Of a stretch of 64,000 nt of DNA, positions 63,964 through 64,000 are shown one piece after another. How positions within the stretch are numbered: the first letter of the stretch is position 1; each line of letters begins with the position of its first letter. The position numbers and the translations under genes were made by a program. Source of the stretch: a virus (lineage: Duplodnaviria > Caudoviricetes); the IMG/VR virus record IMGVR_UViG_3300049144_000052, positions 12,594-76,593 of that record; one strand, 5' to 3'. The notes beneath the pieces were generated by a model. It was not told the origin of the DNA. It did no database searches and saw nothing but the letters and a program-made list of their open reading frames with translations.

Positions 63964-64000
63964 CCCCGCCCCCGCGGCGCCGGGTCCCGCCACCCCAGCC

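Noticed and set aside
1-64000. Host chromosomal flank / integrated prophage boundary
   Set aside because: No housekeeping genes at either end, and the integrase and attP are internal

Overview
The whole window is one GC-rich temperate siphovirus-type actinophage, probably infecting Streptomyces (inferred from gene content). It reads as an excised or virion-form genome, because the integrase and an intact attP-like region sit internally with phage genes on both sides. Gene order: (1) 1-6.6 kb, a fibre gene with a streptococcal-phage hyaluronidase-like beta-helix, a GT2 glycosyltransferase, an NDP-sugar epimerase and two HNH genes; (2) 6.7-29.6 kb, the packaging, head, tail and lysis operon, with a GT4 glycosyltransferase translationally coupled to the major capsid gene; (3) 29.6-42.7 kb, an accessory region; (4) attP, tyrosine integrase, repressor, cro and xis; (5) 46-64 kb, an early/replication arm with RecE/RecT, a divergent C5 methyltransferase, an initiator carrying five palindromic iterons, and DnaB. 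The strongest signal is a terminator-bounded cassette at 29.6-31.6 kb: two tandem Y-RNA-like genes followed by a Ro60/TROVE gene. The second RNA contains an almost complete circularly permuted tRNA (anticodon-like arm with GCU, T arm, acceptor stem closed through its CCA, D arm). Also notable are a candidate virion-glycosylation system and a second tyrosine recombinase with a nearby dif/lox-like site. All protein assignments come from motif recognition by eye; no searches or folding programs were run.
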